Shown here one piece after another: positions 25,437-39,500 of a stretch of 64,000 nt of DNA; within the stretch, counting starts at the first letter, position 1; every line of letters begins with the position of its first letter. Both the position numbers and the translations under genes were made by a program. This stretch comes from Sphaerodactylus townsendi (taxonomy: Eukaryota). Location of the stretch: the NCBI RefSeq assembly GCF_021028975.2, contig NC_059427.1:64480001-64544000 (forward strand), written 5' to 3'. The notes under the pieces were generated by a model. It searched no databases. It was not told the DNA's origin and saw only the letters and a program-made list of their open reading frames with translations.

Positions 25437-28400
25437 ATGACACTCAGAAAAGGTTCTCTTTTTTTTACCAAATAGTAAAACGTTTTGTTAAAATATGCAA
25501 AAGTTGCCAGATTGTTGTTATTCTGACTTTATTTTTCTTCCATTTCAGTAAACATTTTCATCCTGGTACTTGCTCTTGTTATATTTCTATTAGTTCTGCA
25601 TCACAACATACTAGGTCTCAGTGACCTCTTGAAAACAGAATGGTCAGGTACAGTTACCTTTTGTTTTATATATACATTTCAGAAACATTGGCTATTTGAT
25701 GACGTGCCATTATATTAAACTTTTTTTACACCTGACTGGTTTCTCTTCCAGTATCAGATGTGTTCTACCCAGACATTTTTGCTTGATTGGTAAAAACAGT
25801 AAGAGGGCCATCTGAATTCTGTCACTGTATGTGCTAGTTTATATACCCAGTAGGCCTTCTTGCCAGAGGAGGTAGAAAAACCTTTAAAAGGAAGGCTTGT
25901 GACTCAAATGGTAGAGTATTTGCTTTGCATTAAGAAGGTCCAACGTTCGGTCTTGAGCACTTGCAGTTGAAGGGAATCTCAAATAGCAGGTGTTGGGAAG
26001 ACGTGTGTTTGCATAAGACCTTGGAGAGAAACTCCAGTCAGAGGCTGTTGTGCTAGGCAGGCTGATGGTTTGATGTGGCATAAGGATGTTTTTGTTCATG
26101 TCCATGGCTGAAAATACTTTATTTCTGTAGCAATGGGTCCTAGTGATTGTTTCCTGCTGTAGTGTAGTGGTTAAGAGCAGGTGCACTCTAATCTGGAGAA
26201 CCAGGTTTGATTCTCTGCTCTGCCGCATTAGCTGTGGAGGCTTATCCTGTGAACCAGATTAGCTTCTGCACTCCAGCACATACTAGCTGGGTGACCTTGG
26301 GCTAGTCACAGTTCTTCGGAGCTCTCTCAGCCCCACCCACCTCACAGGGTGTTTGTTGTGGGCGTGGGGGGAAGGGAAAGGAGATTGTCAGCCACGTTGG
26401 GTCTCCAAGGGGGGATATAAATCCAAACTACTACTACTACTCCTCATTAAATGACATGGCACCAGGCATTGCTGGCCATGGAACAGTCCTTTTTGAAGAT
26501 GGCTTCATGGCTTTGCTGAGCCATGAGTTTACATCTTAGCTGCTTTACAAGAAATACTACAGCATTTGCAGATGTTTTTTAACATGAAGTTTGATTCTAA
26601 TTATTCCACTGAAAATGTTACCAATTTAAATGGTAGAAAGTTGAACATATGCTCAACTTTCTTGTTGAAATCAACATGGCTTCAAAATGTTTAATGTTGA
26701 CTGGCTGCAATGTTTTATGTATAACTGTTACATTCCATTCTGTGCCTGCAGATTCAAGTCCTTTGGGACTTCAGCCAATAGATTTTATTCCTGAGGCTCC
26801 TCAAAGATTGGCAGATGACAATAATGACAAAGAAATACCTGTGGTCATTACAGCCTCTGATGACAGGCTTGGGGGTGTAATTGCAGCTGTAAACAGCATT
26901 CACCAAAACACCAAGTCCAACGTGGCATTCCATATTGTCACTCTGAATGATACAGTGGACCATTTGAGGTAAAGAGTACACTCAAAATGTTGCTAAACTT
27001 AGGCTCATTCCGCACACGCAAAATAATGCACCTTCAAGCTGCTTTCACAACTGTTTTTGCCATTCCGCACAGCTTCAAAGAGCCCTGAAAGCAGCTTGAA
27101 AGTGCATTATTCTGCGTGTGCGGAATGAGCCTTAGCTACTTTAAGCAAGTTAAGAGTATTTCCAGGTTCAGTAAAGTATAATTTAGGAAAACAACATCCT
27201 TTCTCCTATCTCTCAATCCTGCAATCTCATCAATAAGTAATTATATGTGTTGTACAAACAATTTCCTCTCTATAGTAAACCCCCCCCCACAAAACTCTTC
27301 TCTTCCCAAGACTGTTTATAATATTTGGTATAAAAATACAGCCAAGATGAAGGAGGAGTTATTAACCGTGATAATTTCTATGCAGCAGCTCCTGATTGCA
27401 GCATGTTAAGGAATCTGTTTTTGAAGGCACTAAAAGTGAAGGGCTCCTCCTGTCTGGACCTTATTAATTTCTGTTAGGTTGGTGCAGGACTTGCTAAAAA
27501 TTTATCTCTATCTTACTGAATCATAGCATGTGACAGTGTTTGATTGGGAAGACCTTGATTCAAATATTGGTCCAACCAGGAAGCTTGCTCAGTGGCCATG
27601 GATCTGTTACTCTGTTTCAACCATAATTTTTCCTACAGAATTCTTTTGAAAATTAAAATGAAATACTTCCCACGTATACTGCCCCACCCTGTTTGAAAGA
27701 ATGATAAAATAAGAGACATCAACTCTTTCTCACCTCTCAGTTTTAATTGATATTTTACTTTTCTTATTGAAAAGGATATAGCTGAGAGACACAATGGTGA
27801 TGGAAAGGGCCTTCAAGTTACAGCTGACTTGCAGTGATTCCTTAGGGTTTTCAAAGAAAGAGAAATTCAGAGTAACCTTCTGAAATACTGCTACACAGGT
27901 GGAACCTGAGTAATATTTCAAAACCACATGCTTATGTAAAAAAAACCCCTCTTTTGTTGGTAGATCTTGAATTGAGTCTTTGCTTTATGTTGAATTTGAA
28001 GAAAGTATAATTTTGCTGGAAAACAGGCATAAGCTAGTGATGTGTGTTTCTAGTAGCTTTTCTGATAGTTAAATAAGTAGTAATATTTTTAAAGATTTAC
28101 CTTAAAGTACTTGAACAGTACTTTGGTTTCTAGAAATATGGACTCCAGCTTTTGGTCTTATGTCTTTAACAAAGTGGTTATTTGTAATCAGATCTGACCC
28201 ATTTGTAATCAGATCAGTCCATAATGGGTCCCATTTCTATTACTTAATTGTGAAATCAAATCAGAAGCAACAAAAGGCAATTGGAAGGTTTTTGATGTGA
28301 TTTGTAATGTAATCCTGTTACATTTAGCCAGCTTATTTGCTTGTACATCTGCTTTTGTTAATGTCCTCAGCTTGTACCCAATGGCTGAAAGCAAAACCTC

Positions 28401-31400
28401 AGTTTCTTCCCCTTTCTCACATCAGCTCTGGAGCTGAAAGGGAATGAGAGAGGGGACAGTGCAGAAATCCACATGCCTTCTATTGGTAGTTCTTTGGATA
28501 TCAATTCTGGGTTTGGATCCAGACTAAATTTTCCAGTAACAGAGTGAACAGCATGTAGAAGTCTGAAGCCGGATGGGGGAAATGGAGAAAATTGCCAATT
28601 TAGTCTGAATCCAGTTTCTTATTTTTATTTATCCTCTGAACTATCTTATAAGGTATTTGCATTTTGGGATGGGGGGGTTGAGAGGTGAATGAGCATCACG
28701 TAGGGCAGGCTGGGACTAATGGTGATGTTATGTTTATGATATTTTTCCCATGTGAAATGTTAGGATTATTGTTATTTGCTGCTTATATTGCTTATGTTTA
28801 TTGATGTTTTTACTATTTTGTAATGTTATGCCTATTGATGCTTTGTTGATTGACTATGATCCATGATGTTTGTTGTTTATATTACTATTGTTCGCCGTCC
28901 TGAGCCCTACGGGGGAGGGTGGGGTATAAATCGAATAATGAAATGAAATGAATGCACATCAAAGACTGACATTAATTTCACTAGATGTCCAGTACAAGTT
29001 GAAGAAGAAAATTATTCCAATTAGTTTTTAAAACGGCATGTGATGTTCTGTTGCTGTCTTCCTTGTGCAGATCATGGCTTAGTAAAACGAGTCTGAAAAA
29101 TGTAAAATACCAGATTTTGGATTTTGACCCCCATTTGTTGGATGGGAAAGTGAGGATCGACTCAGAAATGCTCAACTCCATAAAACCTGTAAGAACTAAT
29201 TCAGTAATGTTAATCTAAAACCCCCCAAAAAGTATGACATGCTGGATAATTGCTGATAATTCACGTGTGAATACAGAGATGAAGTATTTTTGGAGGGTGG
29301 GGGGAAGGAATCTAATCTGCAATTACTGATGTGACCAGAGCTCTTGATGAAACACGATTCCTCTGTTAATATGGGATAACCTGACAGGAACATTAGAATG
29401 TTCGAAATAATTCAGTTTTAATATTTAACCTTAGGATAGTAGAAACTATCAATGGGAGACTAATGCTTAACAAACCAGACACTGCTAACTAGTGAGAGGC
29501 TTTCTGTTTTCCTACAAACAGCCTATTCTCATGCTGGATTATGGAATTAGTTTGATCCTGGCCTGTTTTTAATTGTAGCAGCATTGAATTGAATGGGAAT
29601 ATCTTCCTACTGAACTTCTGTGCTTTGGCAAGCATAGTTCACAACATGTTTGCTGAAGGAACATTTCTTATATTTTCCTCTAGCTAACCTTTGCAAGATT
29701 CTATCTGCCTAATTGGGTCCCTAATGCAGAAAAGGCTATCTATTTGGATGATGATGTGATTGTACAAGGTATGGTGACCTTTCTTCTTACATGTAACAAG
29801 TTAGGTCGAAAGAATTACCTTTCTTTAAACAATTTAATCAGGGATCTTGTCTTAAAAAACCAACTCTTACACAAACACCCTCACAAAGGTATGAACCCTC
29901 CTGTAATTATGACTACTCTCCTGATATTGGTACCATCAAAATAGTGTGTAATTGCAGCAAATCTACTACCAATATATAAAATGAAGCTGGGGATTCTCTA
30001 TGAGATGCTTAGGTTTTGAGAAAGGCTTTGAAAATAAATTGATAATAATCTTTCCTAATGGTATGGCACAGAATGTACTCTAATACATGTCTCATTTTTA
30101 TTGTAAGGATCTAACGGTTAGTTCCTCCTTCATTTTATCCTCCAGACAATCCAGTTAAGTGTATTCATCTGAAAAAGGGGCATGTGGTGAAGCCATGATC
30201 TTTCACAGCTGCGTCAAGATATGAATTTGGTCCCAGTTTGACATTTTAACCACCGAGTACTGATGTTTAGTATAGCATTTACATAAGAATGCAGTCCCAT
30301 TTGAGATGAAATTATCAGAGGCAAAATTGATTGGCATATAAATTGCCACTTTAGATGTATTTAGAATTTGTGGTAGCTACTCGGGTTTTGGTTGTTGTTT
30401 TTAGAACAGCAAATTCCCATGCTGTATCTGGAACTGCTTTGAAAAGTTTTGTCATGTGGCAAGGAAAAGTCTTACTTGGGAATTGTAAGTTTAGGGAGGC
30501 CTTGTGTCCATGGAAGTACTTCGAACCTGGTATATGTTCTTAACTTAGTAATATTGCTTTGAATGGGATCAAATTTGTGCTGAACATGTGTGCACTGGAA
30601 AGCATATATCCAGAAATATTTGCTGAATATTTAACTATATGTGGAGAGTCTGGTTTGGTTTTGCTACCAGTTTTTATTGATGATTTATTTTCAGGTGATA
30701 TCCTTGAACTTTATAACACTAAACTGCAACCTGGTCATGCAGCTGCATTTTCAGATGATTGTGACTCTACCACAAACAAGTTTGCAGTCCGTGGAGCAGG
30801 AAACCAGGTGTGCATGGCAAAATTATGAAAGATACAGGTCCAGTGTCTTACAAGTTGTCTCTACTTTTGTGGTTTTATTTGTTACTTAACAGTTTTACAG
30901 TGGTGTTTCTTGGCTTGTTTTTTCACATATTGCATAAACAGAGTTGTTAATGGCAGGGTGAACATGATTCAAATCACTAGTCCATAAGACTACATTTAAA
31001 TCCTTCTTAACATCACTTTTCATATCTTTATTGCACTGTTTCCATTTTGAATGCATGCCTGCCTTACACATAGGAGAAACGTCATTAAAATATTCACAAA
31101 CTGGGTCTCTTTTACGGCCTGCTGCTATTACAGGTTTTCTCTTACGAGGAGCAAATAATATGATAAACTTCAGGCTATTCACACAAAGATCCCAAGATCT
31201 ATACAGTATTCTGCTCAAAAGGTTTCATTTTTATTTTTACTGCTAGGCCCTCCCTCCTCATGCTTAGCAGATCTTGTGCAGATCTAATCTACTCCAAACA
31301 ATCTTCTATTTATTGAACTTCTTGAAACTTAGCACTTAATGGGCATTGATTCTGTGTATGTAGATTTGCAAAGGAACAATTCTGTATGTTTTTATAATGT

Positions 31401-34400
31401 TTTTACTGCGAAGAGGTTATCTCTGCAGTTTTAAGAACTTCAAAATCAAACAACTGTGATAATATCTTTGAGACAGAAAAATTGCCCAAACTAATCTTAG
31501 ATAAACCGTTAGAAGAGCATAACATTGTGATTGGATTAATGCAATTCATTTAGCAACACATTTAAACATTGCAGGAATGTATAGCCTCATCCTACATAAT
31601 TAAAAACGAATCCTTATTTCATTAAATCTGATTTAAATCTAAAAATCTGATTGAAATTTTAAAAATGATTTTTATCCACCCTAGTTAATGGTAAAGAGTC
31701 AATTTTTTTAAAAAATAGGTAAACATAATCTCCTGTGCAGATACCAGGCATTAATGACCCCTGGGGTGATGTCACATTATAACATTTACTAGACAATGGA
31801 TACTCATTTTACTGACCTTGGAAAGATGGGAGGCTGAGTCGACCTTGAGCTGGTTACCTGAAACTGACTTCTGGTGGGATCAATCTCAGAGCTTTGACTA
31901 TAGTACGGCAGCTTACTACCCTGTACTACAGGGCTCTTATAAAGGGTGAGAGTTAAAGTTAATTACATTTGTATACTGGAGATGTATGCCAAGTAATTTT
32001 TAACACAAACCATCAGACTGTTTTGGGCGACAGTAGGCCTAAAAGTATGGATTTTTTCCCCTTAATGACAAAACTGAAACGTTTTGGCTGTCTGCAGTGA
32101 GAGGAGACACATGTAACTGAGACGGAGATTCAATTTCTGTTTATTTCCAGTATAATTACATTGGATTTCTTGATTATAAAAAAGAAGCAATTCGGAAACT
32201 GTCCATGAAAGCAAGTACGTGCTCTTTCAATCCAGGTGTTTTTGTTGCCAATCTAACAGAATGGAAGCTACAAAATGTCACCAAGCAACTGGAGAAATGG
32301 ATGGCAGTTAATGTGGTGTGAGTATACCCAGATTTGAATTTCACATCTTGTTTCACGTGGGTTGAGGCTACTGTATTGTAGAAATCTGAAAGTACTGCTC
32401 TCAGGTTGTATTTAGACGGCTATCAAATTTCATCTTGTGTCTCTGTTGTTGCTCCTTTATCACCACCTTGTCTCTAAACCATTTTCTACATCATGCTTTC
32501 CATCGTGAAAGTACCTTAGAACCTTCACAAAGAGCTGATACAGCATAGTGGCTAAGTATTTTAGCTATGAATTGGGAAGGTTCAGATTTCTCCTGTGCCC
32601 TGGATTTACTTTGTGACTTTAGGCAAGTTGCTCCTTTTTATCCTCAGCCTCCCATTTGTAATATAACAAGTAATGCATTAAAGGATCATCACAAAATACT
32701 GTATGTGAAGCACTTTGATCACCTATTCTGGCCTACATTTAATGCTGAAAAAGCACAAGTGGATGAATAGACCTAGAAAATTGGACCAGTTTAAAGAAAG
32801 GAGTATTCTTGGCAGACCTGAAGGACTCTGGAAAATATAGCCAATAAATAAATATCCCTCAACACAGAAAAAACTCTGCTCAGCTAGACAACATAAACTC
32901 ACTAAGAGAGGTGGGGAACCAATTGAAAAGAACTGCTGGAGAAAATTACCAGGCCTACTGCTGCCTCTTTTTTGAGGGCTGGAGCCCTGCCTTTTCCGCA
33001 GAGGCTGTAACACTACTGGTGGGCAGGGCTTAAGTAGGGGAGATGGCACTGCTTACCCTCTTCACCACTGATGCTGCCCCACTGATGGCTCCTCTTGTCT
33101 ATGAACAGTGGAGGAATGAGAGGTGCTCTGCTGTTATTAATAAGCTCCCCCAACCTCTATATTTGCTTAACCCAAAAAGGTCTTGACTGCCCAAAGCTGT
33201 CTAAATTATCCTGCTTAAGATCAATGTGATATGGGATGCTGATGGGTAACCCGCCTTGTATATGCTCTATTACTGTTTTAGCCTTGCTTCCTAGGTGGTG
33301 GTTCTTTGTTCCTGTTTTATTTTTTGTCCCTACACATTAAGTTTTGGAGTAGAAAATTTTTGAATTGCTAAAGGGTTTACAAATGCTGTTAATAATTCTT
33401 ATGTGTAAGACAACGGCTTTGTTGGGTAGGGAGGGGTTAGGGCTGAATGGGCATGGTTTTTCCAAGGCTATTATGGTTTGTGCCAAAGATAAGACTTGTT
33501 CACAGCTCAGTCTCCTAGTCATTACACTAGTTCTCAAGAATTTGGTCACAAAGTAGCTGCGGAAGTAACTTCCATTTGTTCTCTATAACCATATATCTCC
33601 AGGACAATTTAATTATAGACATTTAAATGACTTAGATTTTAATTGAAATGTGTAGTTTGTTAGATGATTTTATTGATATATTTATTTGATGACGTTGTTC
33701 GCTACTCTGATCCAGGCTTTGCTGGGGAAAGGTGGGGTATAAATTTAAAATAAAGTAACAAATCTTCAGTTAGGTTAACTTTCTATATACCTTTGTCTAG
33801 AGAGGAGATATACAGTAAGACTCTTGCAGGCAGCATCACTACACCCCCGCTGCTCATCGTATTTTACAAGCGGCATTCAAACATCGATCCTATGTGGAAT
33901 GTACGCTATCTGGGTAAGTACAGGAGAAAAGCATTTGATGCTGGAATGATTGAGATTATATTCCTTTTTACCGCTGAACTTCAGAGATCTTGCAATGGAA
34001 GGAAAACTAGGTATAGTTCAGTGCGGCTGCACATGAGTCCATTCTCTGTCTTATCAGACCAACGGTGTTCTGAAGTTTGGCTTCTTTCTTAATTCGTGTA
34101 CAGATACAATATATGACAACCAAATGCTTGGGGCAAATAATTGACTTTTTCCATCATGCCCATTTGAAGCTTAATGCTTCTGGTCTGATTCAGCAAGACT
34201 GCTCTTGTATTTTGAACTTTCATGACAGTCCATTCACTCAGCTACTTTGAAGAGAGGAAGAAGCGTAATTGTAGTAACAAAATCAAACTGCCCAGTTTGG
34301 TTAAAATCAGCATGTCAAAAAGATAGATTCACCCTTAACTTTTAAAAATCCCTGTTAACTGCTGTTGTTGCTATCAACAGATTATTTAATTATTATTGTC

Positions 34401-34604
34401 ATTTAATCCAAAGGTTCTAGTGCTGGTAAAAGATACTCGCCACAGTTTGTGAAAGCTGCCAAGCTACTCCACTGGAATGGACATTTCAAACCATGGGGAA
34501 GGACAGCATCCTATGCAGAAGTCTGGGAAAAATGGTACATTCCTGACCCTACCAATCAGTTCAACCTCGTCCGGAGGCATGCGGATATGTATGAAACAAA
34601 ATAA
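25437..34604 (+). CDS. GLT8D1: Glycosyltransferase 8 domain-containing protein 1, complete, 372 aa
   Basis: Coding exons 25437-25452, 25549-25647, 26752-26968, 29071-29188, 29684-29768, 30695-30807, 32151-32317, 33801-33913, 34414-34604 total 1119 nt, all GT-AG and in frame. N-terminal TM anchor, DxD motif (YLDDDVIVQG), FNPGVFVANL and LHWNGHFKPWGR. TAA at 34602-34604. Confidence 0.97.
26161..26445 (+). mobile_element. tRNA-derived Squam3-type SINE
   Basis: GTGTAGTGGTTAAGAGC A-box, GGTTTGATTC B-box, GGGTGACCTTGGGCTAGTCAC body and (CTA)n tail. Paralogs at 56973 and 60433. Confidence 0.85.
27002..27131. mobile_element. PIF/Harbinger MITE
   Basis: TIR GGCTCATTCCGCACACGCA with 3-bp TSD TTA. Confidence 0.85.
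30954..31683 (-). mobile_element. Internally deleted hAT transposon retaining a decayed BED zinc-finger start
   Basis: Termini CAGGGTG.../...CACCCTA with a perfect 8-bp TSD GTTAATGG. Minus frame reads AAGRKRDPVCEYF...KWKQCNKDM, a degenerate BED finger. Confidence 0.88.
31775..31937 (+). mobile_element. Sauria SINE fragment
   Basis: TACTCATTTTACTGACCTTGGAAAGATGGGAGGCTGAGTCGACCTTGAGC core, as recalled for Sauria SINE. Confidence 0.7.
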
Positions 34605-36519
34605 TGGGATCTGATACACTTGTATTCTTGGGAAATTTACTGGCCCAATGAGTGAGACCAGCAATACTACATCCACCATTTCGTATTCAAATAGAGAAAC
34701 CTTATGTACTTGAAATGTCATGCTTCAATGGCTTTCTGTAAATATTGCTGTTCTAATGGAGCAGGCATATCTCTACAAACGAACATTTTAAAACTGAATG
34801 AATTGCTCCTGAATTACCTTCTAGGGCTAAAAAGCATGTGACAGAACAAGCTGCTCCCAGGAATGGCCCACTGCTACAACTGGATGATGATCACACATCT
34901 TGCACAGCAACTTAAAATACTGAAAAGCTGATACCACTCTTTTTACTGAACCTGTGAATATATGCTTTATACTAAACACCTTCTCTTGGGAGAACATCTA
35001 GTCTCTAAGTTTGGGTGGCTGGCTGTTGTACCTCTCCCAAAGGGGATTCCTGGCAACGCCAAACAAAGTGTGACAACCTCCCCACCGCTGAAAAGCCCCC
35101 ATAGCACACAATAGGCTTATGCCATCCAAAAGGGCTGCATAAATCATTGCTCACAGCTGCAAAGGGGCGAAAGACTGGGAGGAAGCCAACAAACATCTCC
35201 TATTCCCCCAAACACCGCCAGCAGCCACACACTGGCAAAACAGCCCCTCTGCAGAGGCAAGTGCCCTGAGGGAGGTGCAAATCCACTAGCACAGCCATAA
35301 GCTACTTCCAACGATGGAATCCCACCCCCATGGGTCTCTTGGAGAGTTTCCTATCAACACTAAAGGGATGTTTTCAAAACTGTGGAAGCAACTATTCAAA
35401 AACTTGCTATGAATTTCTTATGTGGAAATATTAATTTGTATTCGCTCATTGGTAAGTTTGTATTGCCTTCATTTGTTTTGTATAAAGCACTAAACTGGGG
35501 TAGCATACATAGTTAAATATGCTGAGTGAAAATGTAATACAGATAAATGCTGTTTGTAGCATTTGACAGAGCTCAATTCGCACAGTTCCTCAAGCTAAAA
35601 CTTCACACGCACACAGAAAGAAGCAGTAACAATAAAGTGCTTTCCTGTAAAAAATTTAGATGTCTTGAAATCAGTTCTCAGGAGCAGGAATAGCTTTATG
35701 TCACCATGCCCTATACGCATTTGTTCTACTCCCCAAATAACTGATGGATGGCGGGAGAGACAGCAAAGGAAAACTGCATCTGCTTCTTCTAGGATAGAAG
35801 TTCTGTATTATAATATAGTCTTTGCCACTGAGGCTAAAATCTATTCAAACATATTCTTAAAGTCCAAAATGGTCTTCAAGGCATAAATGTGAATCAGCTA
35901 GATGTTTTGGCAACAAGCAGAGGTAATTGGTGAGCAACAAGCTACATCCAATTTATTCTCCTCCTTCCCCCAGACTGTCAGTCCCAATTGAAATACTGAC
36001 TCCACTATGTACATTTTATTCACTTCAATATGTGTGACAAAGATGTACTGCTTTAAGCACAATAAACAAAAATACATATACAACATCTTCCAGGGATCTT
36101 TTCATAGCACAGAAAATGGTATTTCATCCCGATTGTCCTGCTATCCATTTTTTCTGATAACCTGTGCAAGGTTTACTCCTTTAGAATTCAATACACAGGT
36201 ATTTCAGTACTGAATTTCTTTCACTGTGTATGATTAAAATCTTGGAAAATATCAGCTTTTCTCTTGAGAGACTCAGTTAATGAATCACTGGCCATTGGGC
36301 ATCTTTCATGGCATGACACGCCTCACTGCTGGATGAAGCACTACCAGAGTTTTTTAAGTTTAGGCTGACTGATCAGCAGTACTGTATGATCAACACAATC
36401 GCCTCTAAATAACGCTCTATAAAATATGCACATAGTATCAGCATTGCTTTTGCCAGCATGCCTGTAGAGTCCAAATGCTGATTCCAGATCATTGGAGAAC
36501 TCAACAACCCTTGGTTTAC

Positions 36520-39500
36520 TTAGATGTAATCTGTATCAAAGTCATAGGCATCATCCAGGTCACTAGCCTTTGTGTTGAGCTGTGTACCTTTAGAAGATAA
36601 AAGAAAGACTGCATTCAATAGCTTGTCCTGAGTAGCAACACGGAACTACCGGTAGTTGTATGAGCTCTGCTTAACACGCACCTGTAGGCAACTTTCCCCA
36701 TTCTGCATCCTTTACTGCCAGCTCTTCAGAGGTAGTTTTGCTGCTTGCCATTGTGTTGCTTTCCTGAAATACCGTGATAAAGGATACAATTCAGTAGGCT
36801 GACAAACAATCCAAAAAAGATATTACTTAGGATTATTCTTTCAAACAACATTCTTTAGAATTGGTTACTATGATCTCCAACCTTCAGGTAGAAAAGAGGA
36901 TATAAGATTGTGATCTGGCTGCCCACTCCAGCCCTGTTCACATTACAGTTAATGCACATACAATCAGTGTACAATATACACTGAGTAAATTTCATGTTAC
37001 TATCAACCATTAGGTTTAGCAGAACGTGAGACAAACCTTACATTTAACTAGGTACTATCCTCTCATTTCAACTGCAAAGTGAATGCATACCGGTTTCTCC
37101 TATGAACAGAAGTATACATTTACATGCAGGACACACGTGCATTCACAATAACATGAACAGGGCTTCTGTGCAACCAGGTCCTAAATGCCACTCCTTTTTA
37201 ATCTTCATTAAGTATACCCATTATATGTGTTATAACTAGTTCTGTTACAGTTTACCACCTTTACCTCTTCACTTTCCATTCCATCCTCCTCATCTTTGTC
37301 TTCAGATAATTCCTCAGCATCTTCACTCACTTCCTTGTTCTTTTTTTCCAGTACTTCCTCTGGTACTTCAGTATCATCTATAATACCATCAGTGAAGCCA
37401 GGAGACTGAAATGCAATGCTACTTGCTGGATTTGGGTATTTGCTAGCTGTTAAAGAAATATCAGTTAAACATATTAGCACAACCTACTACCACTCTTCTA
37501 AAAAATTTCAGGAAAAGGCCAACAGTAAATCCCAGTATTTAGGGTGAGGAATAGTTTTTGCTTCCCCTTAGCCTTATCCAAAATGGCAGCTGGTTTATTT
37601 TTTCCCCACCGAACAACGTGACAGCTGTGGAAAATTAAACCTGCCTCTATCAGCATAGTCCCACTCAAATTCAGCTATCTAGAATTCCAGAGTGAGGGCA
37701 ATAGAAACTTTCCCCCTTTTGATAATGAAAGTGCTGCTGCCTATTAGCAAAATAACTAGTATATCTGAAGTGGGGGGAGGGGGATGCAGCAAGACTAGCA
37801 GCTGCTGCAGATCTCTGACAGCCTGCAGGGCAGGGCAGGTCTACCAGGAGTTCATAAACAATCTGGATTAACCCATGGACCAGGAGGAGAAGGCGGGAAC
37901 TTGCTGATGTGGCTCCTAAATATCTGGCTGAAGCTGAGCTATGGCATAAAGTCAGACAGCACTGCTGGGGTTCAAGCATTTCCACTCTACCTTACAGCTG
38001 ACTGGCAGGGCAGGAGTGACAGTTACGGAGACTGGGACCAGATGTAGCACCCCTTGCAAGAGGTGGAGCTCAACTCCCAGGCAAATAGACACCCACCCTG
38101 CCACTCTGTCCTGTCTCCTGGGAAGGGTTGCTGACACATGCAAAGCTCGTGCTGCTTATGTGGTGGTATTAAGGCTAAGATGGCTCCTTGGAGAGAGGAG
38201 GAAGGTTGGAGAGAGGAGGAGAAAAGTGGAGGACAGAGGTAAACACTGAAGTCCTCTTCCCTCAGAGCAGTGATGGCGAACCTTTTTGAGACCGAGTGCC
38301 CAAATTGCAACCAAAACCCCACTTATTTATCGCAAAGTGCCAACCCGGCAATTGAATGCTGGGGTTTTAGTTTAGAAAAAAACGGTTGGCTCCCTCTTCC
38401 TCCACCCCACCCGCTTGAGCAGGGGCCAGCCTGCTCTAGCCTCCAGCAAGTCCCACGTGCACTGCTCTGTGCCTCTCTAGCATCTCTGCCTCCTCTGCGC
38501 CCCCCCCCCCAAGGCAGCAGCCACCCAGAGCACAGGCACCAGGTCCGCCAGCCAAGTCCTCCCTGCTCACCCCAGTGCACGCACATCGTGCTCAATGGCC
38601 CAGGCCAGCCTAGATGTGTTTGTGGGGGTGTGTGATTTTCTGCCCCCCACATGATGAACTCTGTGTGTGCGTGCCCACAGAGCGGGCTCCGAGTGCCACC
38701 TCTGGCACCTGTGCCATGGGTTCGCCATCACTGCCTCAGAGGCTAACAGAAGCAGGAGAGCAAGACTACAGGCAGAAGGGAAGGTGTGGGGGTTTAACTC
38801 CAACAATGATCTAAAAGAGAACTGGCATAACTTTTCTTTAAAGCATGGCCCACACAAAAGGGTTATGTAGCCTCACCTTTCAATGTGTTTTTGTTATCTT
38901 CTTCCAGTTCTTCAAAGCTAAAAGCTTGTTTCACTGCTGCTAAAGCTTCACTGGAAAGGTGTGGTGATGGGCTCCACAATACAGGGGGTCGTGAATGATA
39001 ACTCATTTTGGCACTAAGAAAAAGTAACGTTTGCAGAAGCATGAAACATCATATACTCAAAACAGCAGCTATTCAGACACACATCTAATAACTACATGGT
39101 TCTGAAGGGGAGAGGGCAGAAAGACACATAATTGAGTGAATGTACTGACAATGCCCTTGCATCACACCTTCTATTATTAACGAAGGCAACTGCCTTTTTC
39201 AGTATAAACTGCCACTGCAATGTCTTCCTTAAGCTTAGTAAACAGGACAGAGAATCTACACAATCAAATTATGCATGTCTAATGACACATAGCATTTCAT
39301 TTCACATAATATGCTTCCCCCTTGCCAAGTTTTTTTAATACAGTGGCTGCCAAGTACAGTTAATCTGGGTGGGCCTCAAGTCCTTCCAAGCATCGCACTC
39401 TTTTTGAGTGTCAGTGCGACAGCTTATTTTACCCAGGAAATTTCTAAATATTTACCCTGTCCAGTCACACAGCAGTATTTTTGCTGCACCTTCTGTGTTA

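Noticed and set aside
25893-25970. tRNA-like sequence
   Set aside because: Degenerate head of a tRNA-derived SINE with no intact cloverleaf.
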